Source: an uncultured Paraprevotella sp. (lineage in GTDB: Bacteria > Bacteroidota > Bacteroidia > Bacteroidales > Bacteroidaceae). From it: DNA of 64,000 bases. Position 1 is the stretch's first letter; every line of letters begins with the position of its first letter. A program made the translations under genes and the position numbers. The stretch is from assembly GCA_944321345.1 (NCBI GenBank), contig CALUKY010000013.1, positions 6,027 through 70,026 on the forward strand, given 5' to 3'. This document shows, one piece after another, positions 1-9,092 of this stretch. A model generated the notes under the pieces. It made no database searches. It saw nothing but the letters and a program-made list of their open reading frames with translations, and was not told where the DNA came from.

Positions 1-368
1 TCCTCCTGAGTCTTGAACTGTGTGGTGCTGATCAGTCCTCCGTACAGATCCCATCCGTTCTTCTGCCAGCGCACCCAGGCGTTTTTGATAAAACCGATGC
101 GCTGCATGTCCTGCACCTCCTTCGAACGTCCGAAGTCGGCCACCGCCTGCATGCTCAGTCCGTTGTTAAAGCTGTACTGGTAACCGATATACGCGCGCTC
201 CAGTTCAAATCCGCGCTGGTCATTCTGTGTTCCGAAACCCGAATACATGTTGGCAAAGGTAGTCAGGACCACTTTTCCCTTTCCCTTTTCGCTTTCGCTG
301 TTCTGTGCTCCGGCATACTGTGCGGCCATCAGCACGAGTGCGCAAGCCATTCCTATTTTTCCTTGCAT
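1..368 (-). CDS. porin-like outer-membrane protein, N-terminal part (gene runs off the left edge)
   Basis: Not in the ORF track because no stop lies in the window. My translation from the ATG at 368-366 is MQGKIGMACALVLMAAQYAGAQNSE...GFELERAYIGYQYSFNNGLSMQAVADFG. It shows a signal peptide followed by a beta-strand-like alternation typical of porin O/P-type barrels. Confidence 0.55.
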   Translation of the reverse strand, partial: MQGKIGMACALVLMAAQYAGAQNSESEKGKGKVVLTTFANMYSGFGTQNDQRGFELERAYIGYQYSFNNGLSMQAVADFGRSKEVQDMQRIGFIKNAWVRWQKNGWDLYGGLISTTQFKTQE

Positions 369-500
369 GCTTTGTTCTTTGTATTCTATAATCTTTTTCT
401 TTTATTCCTGTTTCATTTCTGACACTGCAAATGTCCCGATAATATGTTTCAATAATATTTCAAGATTTTAAAAATTCTATGAATTTTATCCCCGTATCTA

Positions 501-534
501 TATAAAATAGGTAAAGGGAGGCTTTCGCCCCCCT
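501..534 (-). terminator. putative terminator after the smalltalk cassette
   Basis: Imperfect hairpin agggaggc-tttc-gcccccct (515-534), followed on the minus strand by a T-rich tract. Confidence 0.35.
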
Positions 535-571
535 TTCTCCTGTCCGGCACCGGCCGGTTATTACAAATCCG

Positions 572-667
572 TTACATGTTTGCGCCTCCGATAACACCGG
601 CAATGGCACTGGCCACAGCCACAATCAGGTTCAGAAACAGGTTCCAGATATTCTTGTTTTTCATCAT
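572..667 (-). CDS. 'smalltalk' micro-protein, 31-aa single-helix membrane peptide
   Basis: Below the ORF-track size cut-off. My translation is MMKNKNIWNLFLNLIVAVASAIAGVIGGANM, with a basic N-terminus and one hydrophobic helix. It lies 50 nt downstream of the muramidase-like gene, the usual position of this family in Bacteroidales. Confidence 0.7.
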   Translation of the reverse strand: MMKNKNIWNLFLNLIVAVASAIAGVIGGANM

Positions 668-717
668 GATCAGATTCTTTTAAAGGTTATTTCAAAATTC
701 GGTTCAGGTCACAAAGG

Positions 718-1152
718 TCACCCCTGATACAGTTTCCATCCCATATAGACCTCCCCCGGTCTGGCCGGTACTCCGTTTTCCACCCGGCTCATGGCCGCCA
801 CCAGATTCATCATGCTTTTGGGGTCCTGGTCGTTCACGATCTGATTCCGCTCCAGTCCGGTCAGCACGGCCACCTTCCGGATGTAATACTCCGTGTCATT
901 TCCGTCCCCCTCCGGAGCCCACCGTTTCACGATACGCTCAATGGTGTTGGCCCCATAGCGGTTGCGGTACGTGCGCAGCACGACAAAGGCCGCCCGGTAT
1001 CCCCAGGCATTGGATTTAAACTGGAAGAACTCAGGGTCTTTCTGTTCTTTTCTCAGCCCCTGCCACAAGTCGGCGGTCCGCCGGATGTTCAGGGGATTGT
1101 TGTTCCGCAATCCCCTGGGTGTGTTTTTCTGTTCTGTTTTCATAGCATTCAT
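718..1152 (-). CDS. phage phi6 P5-like peptidoglycan hydrolase (structural protein P5 family)
   Basis: 144 aa. It carries the motif RNNNPLNIR...WQG...F.....GYRAAF..L..Y. No signal peptide is visible. Confidence 0.65.
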   Translation of the reverse strand: MNAMKTEQKNTPRGLRNNNPLNIRRTADLWQGLRKEQKDPEFFQFKSNAWGYRAAFVVLRTYRNRYGANTIERIVKRWAPEGDGNDTEYYIRKVAVLTGLERNQIVNDQDPKSMMNLVAAMSRVENGVPARPGEVYMGWKLYQG

Positions 1153-1171
1153 ATTCTGTCACGTTCTCGGA

Positions 1172-1606
1172 TTATACCATGCCGTCTTCATCCGTATTTT
1201 CGTAGAATCCCTTCTCCAGGTTGTAGAAGCTCACCTCCTTGTTCTTCAGGTCGATGGCATTCTTCAGGACCACATTCGGATGGAACAGCACCTTCAGTTT
1301 CTTGATGTTCTTCACCCCAACCTCCTCCGGTGTCGGCACGCCCATGCACTGGCAGCTCATTCGGAAAGATCCCACATCTCCCAGATGCACACGCATACCG
1401 CTTTGCAGGGCGTAGATCACCTCTTCCTGAAGGGCGGCGAGCACGGCCAGACAGTCGGCACGGGTCACCGTACACTTGCCGCTGATCCGTTTGGCCAGCC
1501 CCTCCATGTCAATCATTCCCGGGCTTACCACCTGGGCATAATACTTCAGATATTCAGGTTCCTGAGTACCGGGTTTCTGTCTTCCGACGATTCTGTAGTT
1601 AATCAT
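1172..1606 (-). CDS. HU-family (Bacteroides-type) DNA-binding protein
   Basis: 144 aa. The pattern MINYRIV...KYYAQVVSPGMIDMEGLAKRIS...T.AD..AVL.AL.EEV...L.SG..V.LG..GSF is typical of the long HU-like proteins that accompany DUF4248. Confidence 0.8.
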   Translation of the reverse strand: MINYRIVGRQKPGTQEPEYLKYYAQVVSPGMIDMEGLAKRISGKCTVTRADCLAVLAALQEEVIYALQSGMRVHLGDVGSFRMSCQCMGVPTPEEVGVKNIKKLKVLFHPNVVLKNAIDLKNKEVSFYNLEKGFYENTDEDGMV

Positions 1607-1784
1607 AATATTAAGGTTTTAAAAGATTTACCGCTCCGTCTTTTCATAGGGCCCGGAGCACTGTCCCTGTTGATCAACGCTGCAAAGTTAGGCATCGCGT
1701 TCCGCCCCTTCGTTCAAAACCGCCGTTTGTCTGCTTAAAGATCCGATCAGCAACCGTTTGCCCCGCCGTTTTGCCGCATTCCGC

Positions 1785-1994
1785 TCAGGGTTTCCCCAGA
1801 TATTTTACCACCAGTTCATACTGTCGGGGAGTAAACGTGCGCTGCCGGCTGTGATAGTGCGCCTTTTTCAGTTCCTCCCACAGTTCGGGATACGTACGTA
1901 AGGCATAGTTCAGTCTTCTTCTCGCGTTGGCCTGATCGGCAGAGTCGTAATAAGCCATGGCCAGGTCTGTAATGTTGTAATTCAGAATATCCAT
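1785..1994 (-). CDS. DUF4248 domain protein
   Basis: Track ORF 1785-2096, trimmed to the internal ATG at 1994. Sequence MDILNYNITDLAMAYY...ARRRLNYALRTYPELWEEL...TPRQYELVVKYLGKP matches the family's length and pattern. Confidence 0.7.
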   Translation of the reverse strand: MDILNYNITDLAMAYYDSADQANARRRLNYALRTYPELWEELKKAHYHSRQRTFTPRQYELVVKYLGKP

Positions 1995-2128
1995 AATGAT
2001 TCTTTTTGGTTTTATCTCCGGCAAAGCTAGGCATGCCCCATAAAAAAACGATGAAAACCTTTTCACTTGAGGTAATTTTTTTTTAAATTCACTCACATTT
2101 TTACAAAACTAACCGATAAAATACCTTT

Positions 2129-2653
2129 ATGAGTAAAAGATTTCACACCTATTTCGGCCGTGAGATGCGCGACCGTCTGCTCGAGTACCCCTATCTGAAA
2201 GGCAGCGAATTCCGCTCCCTTCCCCTACGCTCCGCCCATGCCAACAGCCGCCGTCGCGACATCCGTTTCATCAACAGTTTTCTGTGCATGATCTTCTATG
2301 TCTACAGCGATGTCCCCATGCCCTATTTCGAACCTACGGGCAACAGCATCCGGAACATCATCCACCGCAACAACGACTGTATGGAACAAACCCGGATGCT
2401 TTTCTTCGACCAGGTGTTCTCCTATCCCCGTTCTTCGCCCCAGCTCCGTCTGCTGCATCTGCTCATCCGTGCCTTCGGCCAGATCGGCCTGCACAATTTC
2501 AAATGTCCGCTGGTAGAAATGAAAGAATTCGACCACAAGCTCTACATCCGCATGGTGTACCAGTGCTACCCCGACGCCTATGCGGTCGAAAACGAAACCG
2601 TGGCCTCTTACCTCAATCATCACCGAGACAAGAAAAAAAACAGAAAAAATTAG
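2129..2653 (+). CDS. hypothetical protein, no domain recognised
   Basis: 174-aa ORF with protein-like composition and a K/R-rich tail. The competing minus-strand ORFs look like antisense artefacts. The true start could be the internal Met at 2165. Confidence 0.45.
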   Translation: MSKRFHTYFGREMRDRLLEYPYLKGSEFRSLPLRSAHANSRRRDIRFINSFLCMIFYVYSDVPMPYFEPTGNSIRNIIHRNNDCMEQTRMLFFDQVFSYPRSSPQLRLLHLLIRAFGQIGLHNFKCPLVEMKEFDHKLYIRMVYQCYPDAYAVENETVASYLNHHRDKKKNRKN

Positions 2654-2673
2654 GTCTGAAACAAAAAATCCGT

Positions 2674-2681
2674 TAACTTTG
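2674..2681 (+). promoter_or_regulatory. Bacteroidetes -7 box TAACTTTG
   Basis: Matches TAnnTTTG, 38 nt upstream of the ATG at 2719. Confidence 0.45.
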
Positions 2682-2718
2682 TCACCATATTAATTAAGGA
2701 ATAATACAAAGAACAGAA

Positions 2719-4209
2719 ATGCGATACCCCGTGCTTACAGCCGAAGAAGCCATTCGCCTCATTCATCATGGTGATACGGTGGCTATCGGCGGATTCTCAT
2801 CGGTGGGAACTCCCAAAGCCGTTCCGGCAGCTCTGGCCGCCTATGCGGCTGAAGCCAACCGCGAAAAAGTGACCTTTCAGATCGGTCTGGTCACCGGTGG
2901 TGCTACCGGCAGTCAGATTGACAGTGCTCTGGCCAAGGCTCATGCCGTACGCTTCCGCACTCCATTCCAGTCCAATCCCGACATGCGCCGTGCCATCAAC
3001 AGCGGCGAGGTGGAATATTTTGATCTCCATCTGTCCCATATCGGTCAGGATGTGAACTACGGTTTTCTGGGTCGTATCCACACCGCCATCATCGAGGCAT
3101 CCGATATTACCCCCGACGGGCGCATTATTCTGAGTACCTCGGTCGGCATCACCCCCACCATTGTGCGTCGTGCCGATCAGGTCATCATCGAGCTGAACCA
3201 GAGTCACGGCAGCCGTCTCGAAGGCATGCACGACCTGTACATGCTCGAAACGCCGCCTTACCGGCAGCATATTCCGATCTTTCATGTAAACGACCGCACG
3301 GGCAGCCCCTATCTGGAGGTCGACCCGTCCAAAGTCGCCGCGGTGGTCTATACCGACGAGCGCGACCATATTGCTCCCTTCACTCCGATGAACGACACCA
3401 CCCGCCGCATCGGCGAAAATGTGGCTTCGTTTCTGCTTCGCGAGTGGCAGCAGGGTAGCATCCCCCGGCAGTTCCTGCCGTTACAGTCCGGTGTCGGTAA
3501 CATCGCCAATGCCGTTTTGGGTGCTTTGGGCGCCGATCCTCAGCTCCCGGCCTTTTCGATGTTCACCGAAGTGATCCAGAACTCCGTAATCGACCTGATG
3601 CTCGAAGGACGCATCCGTTTCGCTACCGGCAGTTCGCTCACCCTGTCCGACGATCATCTCAACCTGATGTACGATCATCTGGATCTTTTCAAGGAGCGCA
3701 TCCTGCTCCGTCCGCAGGAGATCACCAACCATCCCGAGATGATCCGCCGTTTGGGCCTCATCACCATCAATACCGTGCTCGAGGCCGACCTCTTCGGAAA
3801 TGTCAACAGCACCCATGTGATGGGCAGCAAGATCATGAACGGAATCGGCGGTTCGGCCGATTTTGCCCGCAACGCCTATCTGTCCGTGTTCACCACCCCG
3901 TCTACGGCCAAGGACGGACTGATTTCATCCATTGTGCCCAATGTGTCGCATGTCGACAGCACCGAGCACGATGTACGCGTTCTGGTCACCGAGCAGGGAG
4001 TGGCCGATCTGCGTGGCAAGTCCCCGCGCCAGCGTGCTGCCTGCATTATCGAGAACTGTGCCCATCCCGATTACAAGGAGCTGCTTTGGGATTACCTCAA
4101 GCTCTCCGAGAACCGCACGGGCCATATCCCGTTCTCCTTGCAAAATGCCTTCCGCATGCATCAGACCTTTGCCGAGGAAGGCGATATGCGCAAGACCCGC
4201 TATCTTTAA
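2719..4209 (+). CDS. succinate CoA-transferase (acetyl-CoA hydrolase/transferase family)
   Basis: 496 aa with a full-length resemblance to the family: GDTVAIGGF....GTPKAVP, LQSGVGNIANAV, MNGIGGSADFARNA. Confidence 0.9.
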   Translation: MRYPVLTAEEAIRLIHHGDTVAIGGFSSVGTPKAVPAALAAYAAEANREKVTFQIGLVTGGATGSQIDSALAKAHAVRFRTPFQSNPDMRRAINSGEVEYFDLHLSHIGQDVNYGFLGRIHTAIIEASDITPDGRIILSTSVGITPTIVRRADQVIIELNQSHGSRLEGMHDLYMLETPPYRQHIPIFHVNDRTGSPYLEVDPSKVAAVVYTDERDHIAPFTPMNDTTRRIGENVASFLLREWQQGSIPRQFLPLQSGVGNIANAVLGALGADPQLPAFSMFTEVIQNSVIDLMLEGRIRFATGSSLTLSDDHLNLMYDHLDLFKERILLRPQEITNHPEMIRRLGLITINTVLEADLFGNVNSTHVMGSKIMNGIGGSADFARNAYLSVFTTPSTAKDGLISSIVPNVSHVDSTEHDVRVLVTEQGVADLRGKSPRQRAACIIENCAHPDYKELLWDYLKLSENRTGHIPFSLQNAFRMHQTFAEEGDMRKTRYL

Positions 4210-4243
4210 GAACCCATAAATTCGCGTTATATATGTATGGGAA

Positions 4244-4289
4244 GCCCGGCTGCAGGAGTTTTTCTTTTCTCCTCAGCCGGGCGTTTTTT
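4244..4289 (+). terminator. rho-independent terminator
   Basis: Stem gcccggctgcaggag / ctcctcagccgggc, followed by TTTTTT (4284-4289). Confidence 0.75.
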
Positions 4290-4300
4290 ATGTTACCGTT

Positions 4301-5398
4301 ATGATGAAAACCAAGAACACCTATCCCGCCGAGCTTCCGGCTCTGCTCGAGTTGCTGCGCTGCGGTCTGTGGAACCGTCAGCCCGACTCTTCCCTGTTCC
4401 GTAACGTCAGCGCCCGGCAGTGGTATGCCCTTCTGCTCCTCAGCCAGCATCAGGGAGTCACCGCACTGGTTGCCGAAAGCCTGTTGCGCCTCCCCGAAGA
4501 TTGCCAGCCGCCGGCCGAAGTGCGCCTGCAGTGGTTCGGCTATCACCATGCCGTGCTCCATCAGCACAGCCTCTATCAGTCCGCCCGTCAGGAAGTGCTC
4601 TCCTGGTTCGGGTCGGCCGGAATCCGTTGTGCCGTATTCAAAGGCGATACCCTGAACAGTCTCTACCCCGTTCCCGGTCTGCGCATGAACGGCGATGTAG
4701 ACCTTTGGTTTCCCGATGCCGACGGGGTGCAGCGTGCCCACAGCCTGCTGGCCGGTCGCGGACTCGACATTACCGATCCCGGCAACCATCATCTTTTGCT
4801 GCAGTATAACGGTCTTTCCTTCGAGCTGCACCATGACTTCCTGAACCTTCCGATGTCCTCCCGGGTTCCCCGTGACCTGATCTTCGTCGATACCCCCGAG
4901 TTCCGGGGCTGGCAGCTCAATCCCGAAGCCAACACCGTCATGATTCTCACCCATGCGGCCCATCACTTCATCGAAACCGGCCTGGGATTGCGCCATGTGT
5001 GCGACTGGGCGGTCTGGCTGCACCGCAACGGTCATAGCCTCGAGGTGCAGCGTGGTCTGGCGGAGATCCGCCGTCTGGGTGCCGGAGTCTTTCTTACCGA
5101 GTTCACTGCTCTGGCGGTCTACCTGCTGGGCCTGGAGCTTCCCGACAACGATGCACTTATCCGCCACAGCCGTCCGGCGCGCCGTGAGCGTATGCTCCGC
5201 GAACTCCTGCTTCAGGGCAATCTGGGCAAGAGCCATCTTGCCGAAAAGAAGCACACCTCCCTGCCTCTTTTCTATCTGCGCTCCTTCCTGCGCGAGTTAA
5301 GCCTCTCCGTTTTCTGGCCCCGCTACGTGGTGGCCTGCATCCCCCATCAGATCCGGCGCAGCTGGCGCATGCTCCGACAAAACCGTCATTCCCATTAA
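4301..5398 (+). CDS. uncharacterised nucleotidyltransferase-family protein (NTP_transf_5-like)
   Basis: 365 aa. The core reads KG..L..LYP.PGLR..GDVDLW...D...A..LL...G, as expected for this family. Confidence 0.6.
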   Translation: MMKTKNTYPAELPALLELLRCGLWNRQPDSSLFRNVSARQWYALLLLSQHQGVTALVAESLLRLPEDCQPPAEVRLQWFGYHHAVLHQHSLYQSARQEVLSWFGSAGIRCAVFKGDTLNSLYPVPGLRMNGDVDLWFPDADGVQRAHSLLAGRGLDITDPGNHHLLLQYNGLSFELHHDFLNLPMSSRVPRDLIFVDTPEFRGWQLNPEANTVMILTHAAHHFIETGLGLRHVCDWAVWLHRNGHSLEVQRGLAEIRRLGAGVFLTEFTALAVYLLGLELPDNDALIRHSRPARRERMLRELLLQGNLGKSHLAEKKHTSLPLFYLRSFLRELSLSVFWPRYVVACIPHQIRRSWRMLRQNRHSH

Positions 5399-5406
5399 TA
5401 ACCAAA

Positions 5407-5435
5407 AAGGGCACACCCATTTCGGATGTGCCCTT
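5407..5435. terminator. bidirectional terminator between convergent genes
   Basis: Hairpin aagggcaca...tgtgccctt, flanked by an A-run on one side and a T-rich run on the other. Confidence 0.5.
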
Positions 5436-5482
5436 CTCTTTTAAAAACTCCTTACGGAATTATCTTTCTCGTTTTCGCTTGT

Positions 5483-6643
5483 TTATTTCGCTACGGTAAC
5501 GATAACACGACGGTTGTATGAAGCCGGATCCAGATCAGCTACACCACCCATAGGTTTGATGATGATCTGCTCGTCCTTCAAGCCCATCTTCTTCAGTTCC
5601 TTAGCTACAGCATTGGCACGGCGCTCGCTCAGCTTCATGTTGAAGTCAGCCGGACCGGTCTTGCTGTCTGCAAATCCGTAAACCTCTACCTTCGCGTTGT
5701 TCTCCTTAGCCAGTTTCACCAGAGCCTCAACATTCACCAGATCCTTCTTCGAAGCGATGCGTGAAGAGTTGATGTTGAAGAATACCGATACCGGAGTCGT
5801 CAGGATCACCTCTTTCTCCTGAACAGTCGTTGTCGTGCTTTCCGGACGCTTAGCCAACAGCTCTTTCAGTCTTTCGTTTTCGCTCTGCTGCTCGGCCAGA
5901 GATGCGTTCAGAGCATCGGTCTGTGCCTTATGCATGGCATTGATGGCATCCAGATCCGGAGTCTTGCTCCATCCCACCTTGCCCAGGTTGACACCCAAGC
6001 CCAGAGAAAGACCGAACTGACGGTCTTTATCATTAAAGAAATTTCTTTTGCCATGAGTAGGTACGTCATAAACATTATCCACATCATTCAACGCCACATT
6101 GTGATACAGGTCCACATTGATATACAGGCGCTTGGTCAGATTGAAGGTATTCAGGATACCGGCCGTATACATAAAGGCATAATGCTTGTCCGTAATATTC
6201 CGGTAAAATCCCGTACCGCCATAGAGAGAGATATTCCACACTCTGCCTGGCTGATATCCCGCAAACAGATTGCGCAGATTGAACATGGCCTGTACATTAT
6301 AGATCAGCACATCCAAATCCGGATTCTCACGTCCGTCCACGCTCTTCATGCTCATCAGCTGCAGTTTGGAACGCACACCGATTACTGGAGTAAACCACTT
6401 ACCTAAAGTAATGTCACCGTTCCAGCTTCTGCGGAAATCTTCGAAAGGATTCAGCGACAAATCCAGTCCACGTTCCTGACCTGAATACGTACTCACATAA
6501 TCACCACCTGCAGTAACAAACCAGTTACTCCAAAAGCGGTTGGTTGCCACACTATACTTGTCAACCGGAACAAACTCATTGTTTTCCTGTGCCATGGCCG
6601 GTGCTACTCCCAGCAACATCAGGCCCAATAAAATCTTCTTCAT
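5483..6643 (-). CDS. OmpA-family outer-membrane protein
   Basis: 386 aa. It has a signal peptide ending AMAQ, an N-terminal barrel-like region, a coiled linker and a C-terminal OmpA domain (VYGFADSKTGPADFNMKLSERRANAV). The start lies 16 nt after the wzc stop. Confidence 0.85.
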   Translation of the reverse strand: MKKILLGLMLLGVAPAMAQENNEFVPVDKYSVATNRFWSNWFVTAGGDYVSTYSGQERGLDLSLNPFEDFRRSWNGDITLGKWFTPVIGVRSKLQLMSMKSVDGRENPDLDVLIYNVQAMFNLRNLFAGYQPGRVWNISLYGGTGFYRNITDKHYAFMYTAGILNTFNLTKRLYINVDLYHNVALNDVDNVYDVPTHGKRNFFNDKDRQFGLSLGLGVNLGKVGWSKTPDLDAINAMHKAQTDALNASLAEQQSENERLKELLAKRPESTTTTVQEKEVILTTPVSVFFNINSSRIASKKDLVNVEALVKLAKENNAKVEVYGFADSKTGPADFNMKLSERRANAVAKELKKMGLKDEQIIIKPMGGVADLDPASYNRRVIVTVAK

Positions 6644-6659
6644 AATTCTATTTTGTGGT

Positions 6660-9092
6660 TCAACTTATTTTTTTTCGAAAAAAACTCTTCTTCTTTTTCT
6701 GCTCCTGATAGCCATAGCCGTAGCCATAACCATAGTAGCCGTAATGCCCGTATCCGGCCTGTTCTTCCTTCACGCTGTTCAGCACCAGGGCCATATTCTT
6801 CATCTTTCCGTCCTGATAGAAGCGCTCTATGTCCGGCAGTTGACGGCGGTCCAGCATGCCCGCCCGGGCAATGAAGAGTGTGCGGTCTGCCAGTCGGTTC
6901 ACAATCGTGGCATCGGCCACCACACCCATTGGCACATTATCAATCAGCACATAGTCATATCCCGTTTTCACGGCATTCACCAGTTGGTCCAGACGCTCGC
7001 TCAGCAACAGTTCGGCCGGATTCGGAGGCACGGCTCCGCTATAAATAATATCCAGTCCCGGACACTCCTCCACCGGATGAATCAAGGCTTGCGCCTGTTC
7101 GGCATGCCCTACCAGATAATGCGTCACACCCGGTTGTTTCTTACCTCCGAACAGTCGGGTCAGCGCCCCCTTTCGGATATCCAGATCAATCAGCAACACC
7201 CGCTTGCCGGCAAAGGCCAGCATGGCAGCCAGATTGGCAATGATAAAGGTCTTTCCCGCGTCCGGATTCATGGAAGTCACCATCAGTACCGAATGGGCAG
7301 GATCAGCGCTTCCCATAAAGGTCAGGTTCGTGCGCAGGATGCGGAACGCCTCGGTTACGGCATCCTTACCATCCGCCCGCACCACATAAGGCATATTACT
7401 CTTGGCCGCCTCCTTACTGTAAGGAATATCACCCAGGAACGGCAGCGTCGTGCTGTCCTCCAGATCCTTCCGGCTCCGCACCTTATTGTCCAGCAGCAAT
7501 ACCAGAATCCAGTAAGCCAAAGGCAATCCCAGACCCACAACCAGAGCTATCAGATAATACTGGATGCTCATCGGTGAGATCGGTCCGGCAGGTCCTTTCG
7601 CAGCCTCTATCAGGCGTGCATTGCTTTCCGTAATCGTCTGTGCCAGCGCATTCTCCTCACGCTTTTGCAGCAGATACACATACAGCTGTTCCTTCACCTT
7701 CTGCTGTCGCTCCACACTCAGCATATATTTCTCATGTTGCGGCACTGCCGACAGTCTTTGGGCAGAACGTGCCTCCAGCGCATTCATATTCTGAATCCTT
7801 ATTTTCAGCGAAGCGATGGCATTGTCTACAGTCCGCACAATCGCCTGCCGGCTCAGTTCCAAGGCCTCATTCATCTCCACCACCACAGGATTTTCCGCTC
7901 CGCTGCTTTTCAACAGCTTGTCACGCTCCAGTAACAGTTTGTTGTATTCCGCAATCTGGCTTTCGATATTCACGTCCGCCACTCCCGTGTTCGACGGAAT
8001 CAGATCCTTCATCTTGGTGGCATCCGTCAGATAGCCCCGGATAAATTCCACCAGCTGCAACTGGTTCTCCAATCCGAATCCTTCTTGCTGAATCTGGTTG
8101 GTATTTCCCGTAGCCAGTCCGGCTTCCGAGGTCAGATCCGTCAGTTTGTTCTGCTGTTTGAAGGAAGCGATTTTGCCGTCCACTCCTCCCAGATCCTGCT
8201 CCAGCACCGCCAGGCGCTCCTGAATAAAGCGGTCCGTATTCAGCGCCATCTGGTTCTTGTCCTGAATCATATCCTCCTTATAGACCTCCACCAGCATATT
8301 CAGATAATCCTCCGCTCTTTGGGCGGATACATCGTTCAGGGTCAGATTGACTACCGATGATTCCTTGCTGGCCAAAGAAGTCACCAGCATCTGGCTATAG
8401 CGGCGGGCCACCAGTTCCTCATCCTGAACCATCACGGTCAGCATGCGTCCGCTCCATCCTTTTCCATACAGCAGGGTAGGTTTCACGGTCAGCAGTCCCA
8501 TCGGTGTTTTCACCGGTTGGTTCAGTTTCGCTTCTATTTCAGCATCGCTATCTGAAAAATGACTCAGCAGCACCGTTCCCTCTTTCGGAAATTCCACAGT
8601 AAAGCTTCCCGGTCTCTGTTTTTCATCGGCAAACTCCACCGTAATCGGTGTTCGTCCGTACAGATCCGCATCACGCAGACCGATATCCTCCAGATAGACC
8701 GTTTCCAGTCCCAGGCGACGCACTACCTTCCGGCTCAACCGCTCCGTCTTGAAGATCAGCATCTCGTTCTCCACACTGGCGCTTCCACCCAGGAAACTCA
8801 TTTCCTGGAATACCTGAGCCTCACCACCTACACGGCCTCCGGAGCTTTTGTCTTTAATCAGCACCGAAGCCGTACGGGTATAGACCGGCTCCGTACTTTT
8901 CAGTTTGATCCAGGCAATCCCCAGAGCCAGTACGGTCGTAGCCGCCATCCAATACCAATGACGACAGATTAACCGCGCCAGATCCATCAGATTCAGCTTG
9001 ACGCCTCCTCCCATAGCGGTGGTATTGCCGGGAGCCACCTGTGCCTTATCCATATCCCCTTGTATTTTCAACAAATCGTTACTGTTCATCAT
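6660..9092 (-). CDS. wzc: polysaccharide co-polymerase / tyrosine autokinase (Wzc-like)
   Basis: 810 aa. It has a Wzz/GumC-type N-terminal part, Walker A TSMNPDAGKTF, and a C-terminal Tyr cluster GYGHYGYYGYGYGYGY. Confidence 0.9.
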   Translation of the reverse strand: MMNSNDLLKIQGDMDKAQVAPGNTTAMGGGVKLNLMDLARLICRHWYWMAATTVLALGIAWIKLKSTEPVYTRTASVLIKDKSSGGRVGGEAQVFQEMSFLGGSASVENEMLIFKTERLSRKVVRRLGLETVYLEDIGLRDADLYGRTPITVEFADEKQRPGSFTVEFPKEGTVLLSHFSDSDAEIEAKLNQPVKTPMGLLTVKPTLLYGKGWSGRMLTVMVQDEELVARRYSQMLVTSLASKESSVVNLTLNDVSAQRAEDYLNMLVEVYKEDMIQDKNQMALNTDRFIQERLAVLEQDLGGVDGKIASFKQQNKLTDLTSEAGLATGNTNQIQQEGFGLENQLQLVEFIRGYLTDATKMKDLIPSNTGVADVNIESQIAEYNKLLLERDKLLKSSGAENPVVVEMNEALELSRQAIVRTVDNAIASLKIRIQNMNALEARSAQRLSAVPQHEKYMLSVERQQKVKEQLYVYLLQKREENALAQTITESNARLIEAAKGPAGPISPMSIQYYLIALVVGLGLPLAYWILVLLLDNKVRSRKDLEDSTTLPFLGDIPYSKEAAKSNMPYVVRADGKDAVTEAFRILRTNLTFMGSADPAHSVLMVTSMNPDAGKTFIIANLAAMLAFAGKRVLLIDLDIRKGALTRLFGGKKQPGVTHYLVGHAEQAQALIHPVEECPGLDIIYSGAVPPNPAELLLSERLDQLVNAVKTGYDYVLIDNVPMGVVADATIVNRLADRTLFIARAGMLDRRQLPDIERFYQDGKMKNMALVLNSVKEEQAGYGHYGYYGYGYGYGYQEQKKKKSFFRKKIS

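Noticed and set aside
247-471. 74-aa plus-strand ORF
   Set aside because: It is antisense to the porin start and its upstream region, with a Phe/Cys/Ile-rich chance composition.
962-1738. 258-aa plus-strand ORF
   Set aside because: It spans the antisense of two separate well-supported genes (P5-like and HU-like) and their intergenic spacer. It also uses a non-ATG start.
4097-5254. 385-aa minus-strand ORF
   Set aside because: It is antisense to the nucleotidyltransferase-family gene and crosses the terminator at 4244-4289. The composition is typical of a GC-rich antisense frame.
6540-7577. 345-aa plus-strand ORF
   Set aside because: It is antisense to the ompA/wzc junction and to the Wzc kinase domain. 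It would span an intergenic region on the other strand, and no motifs are present.
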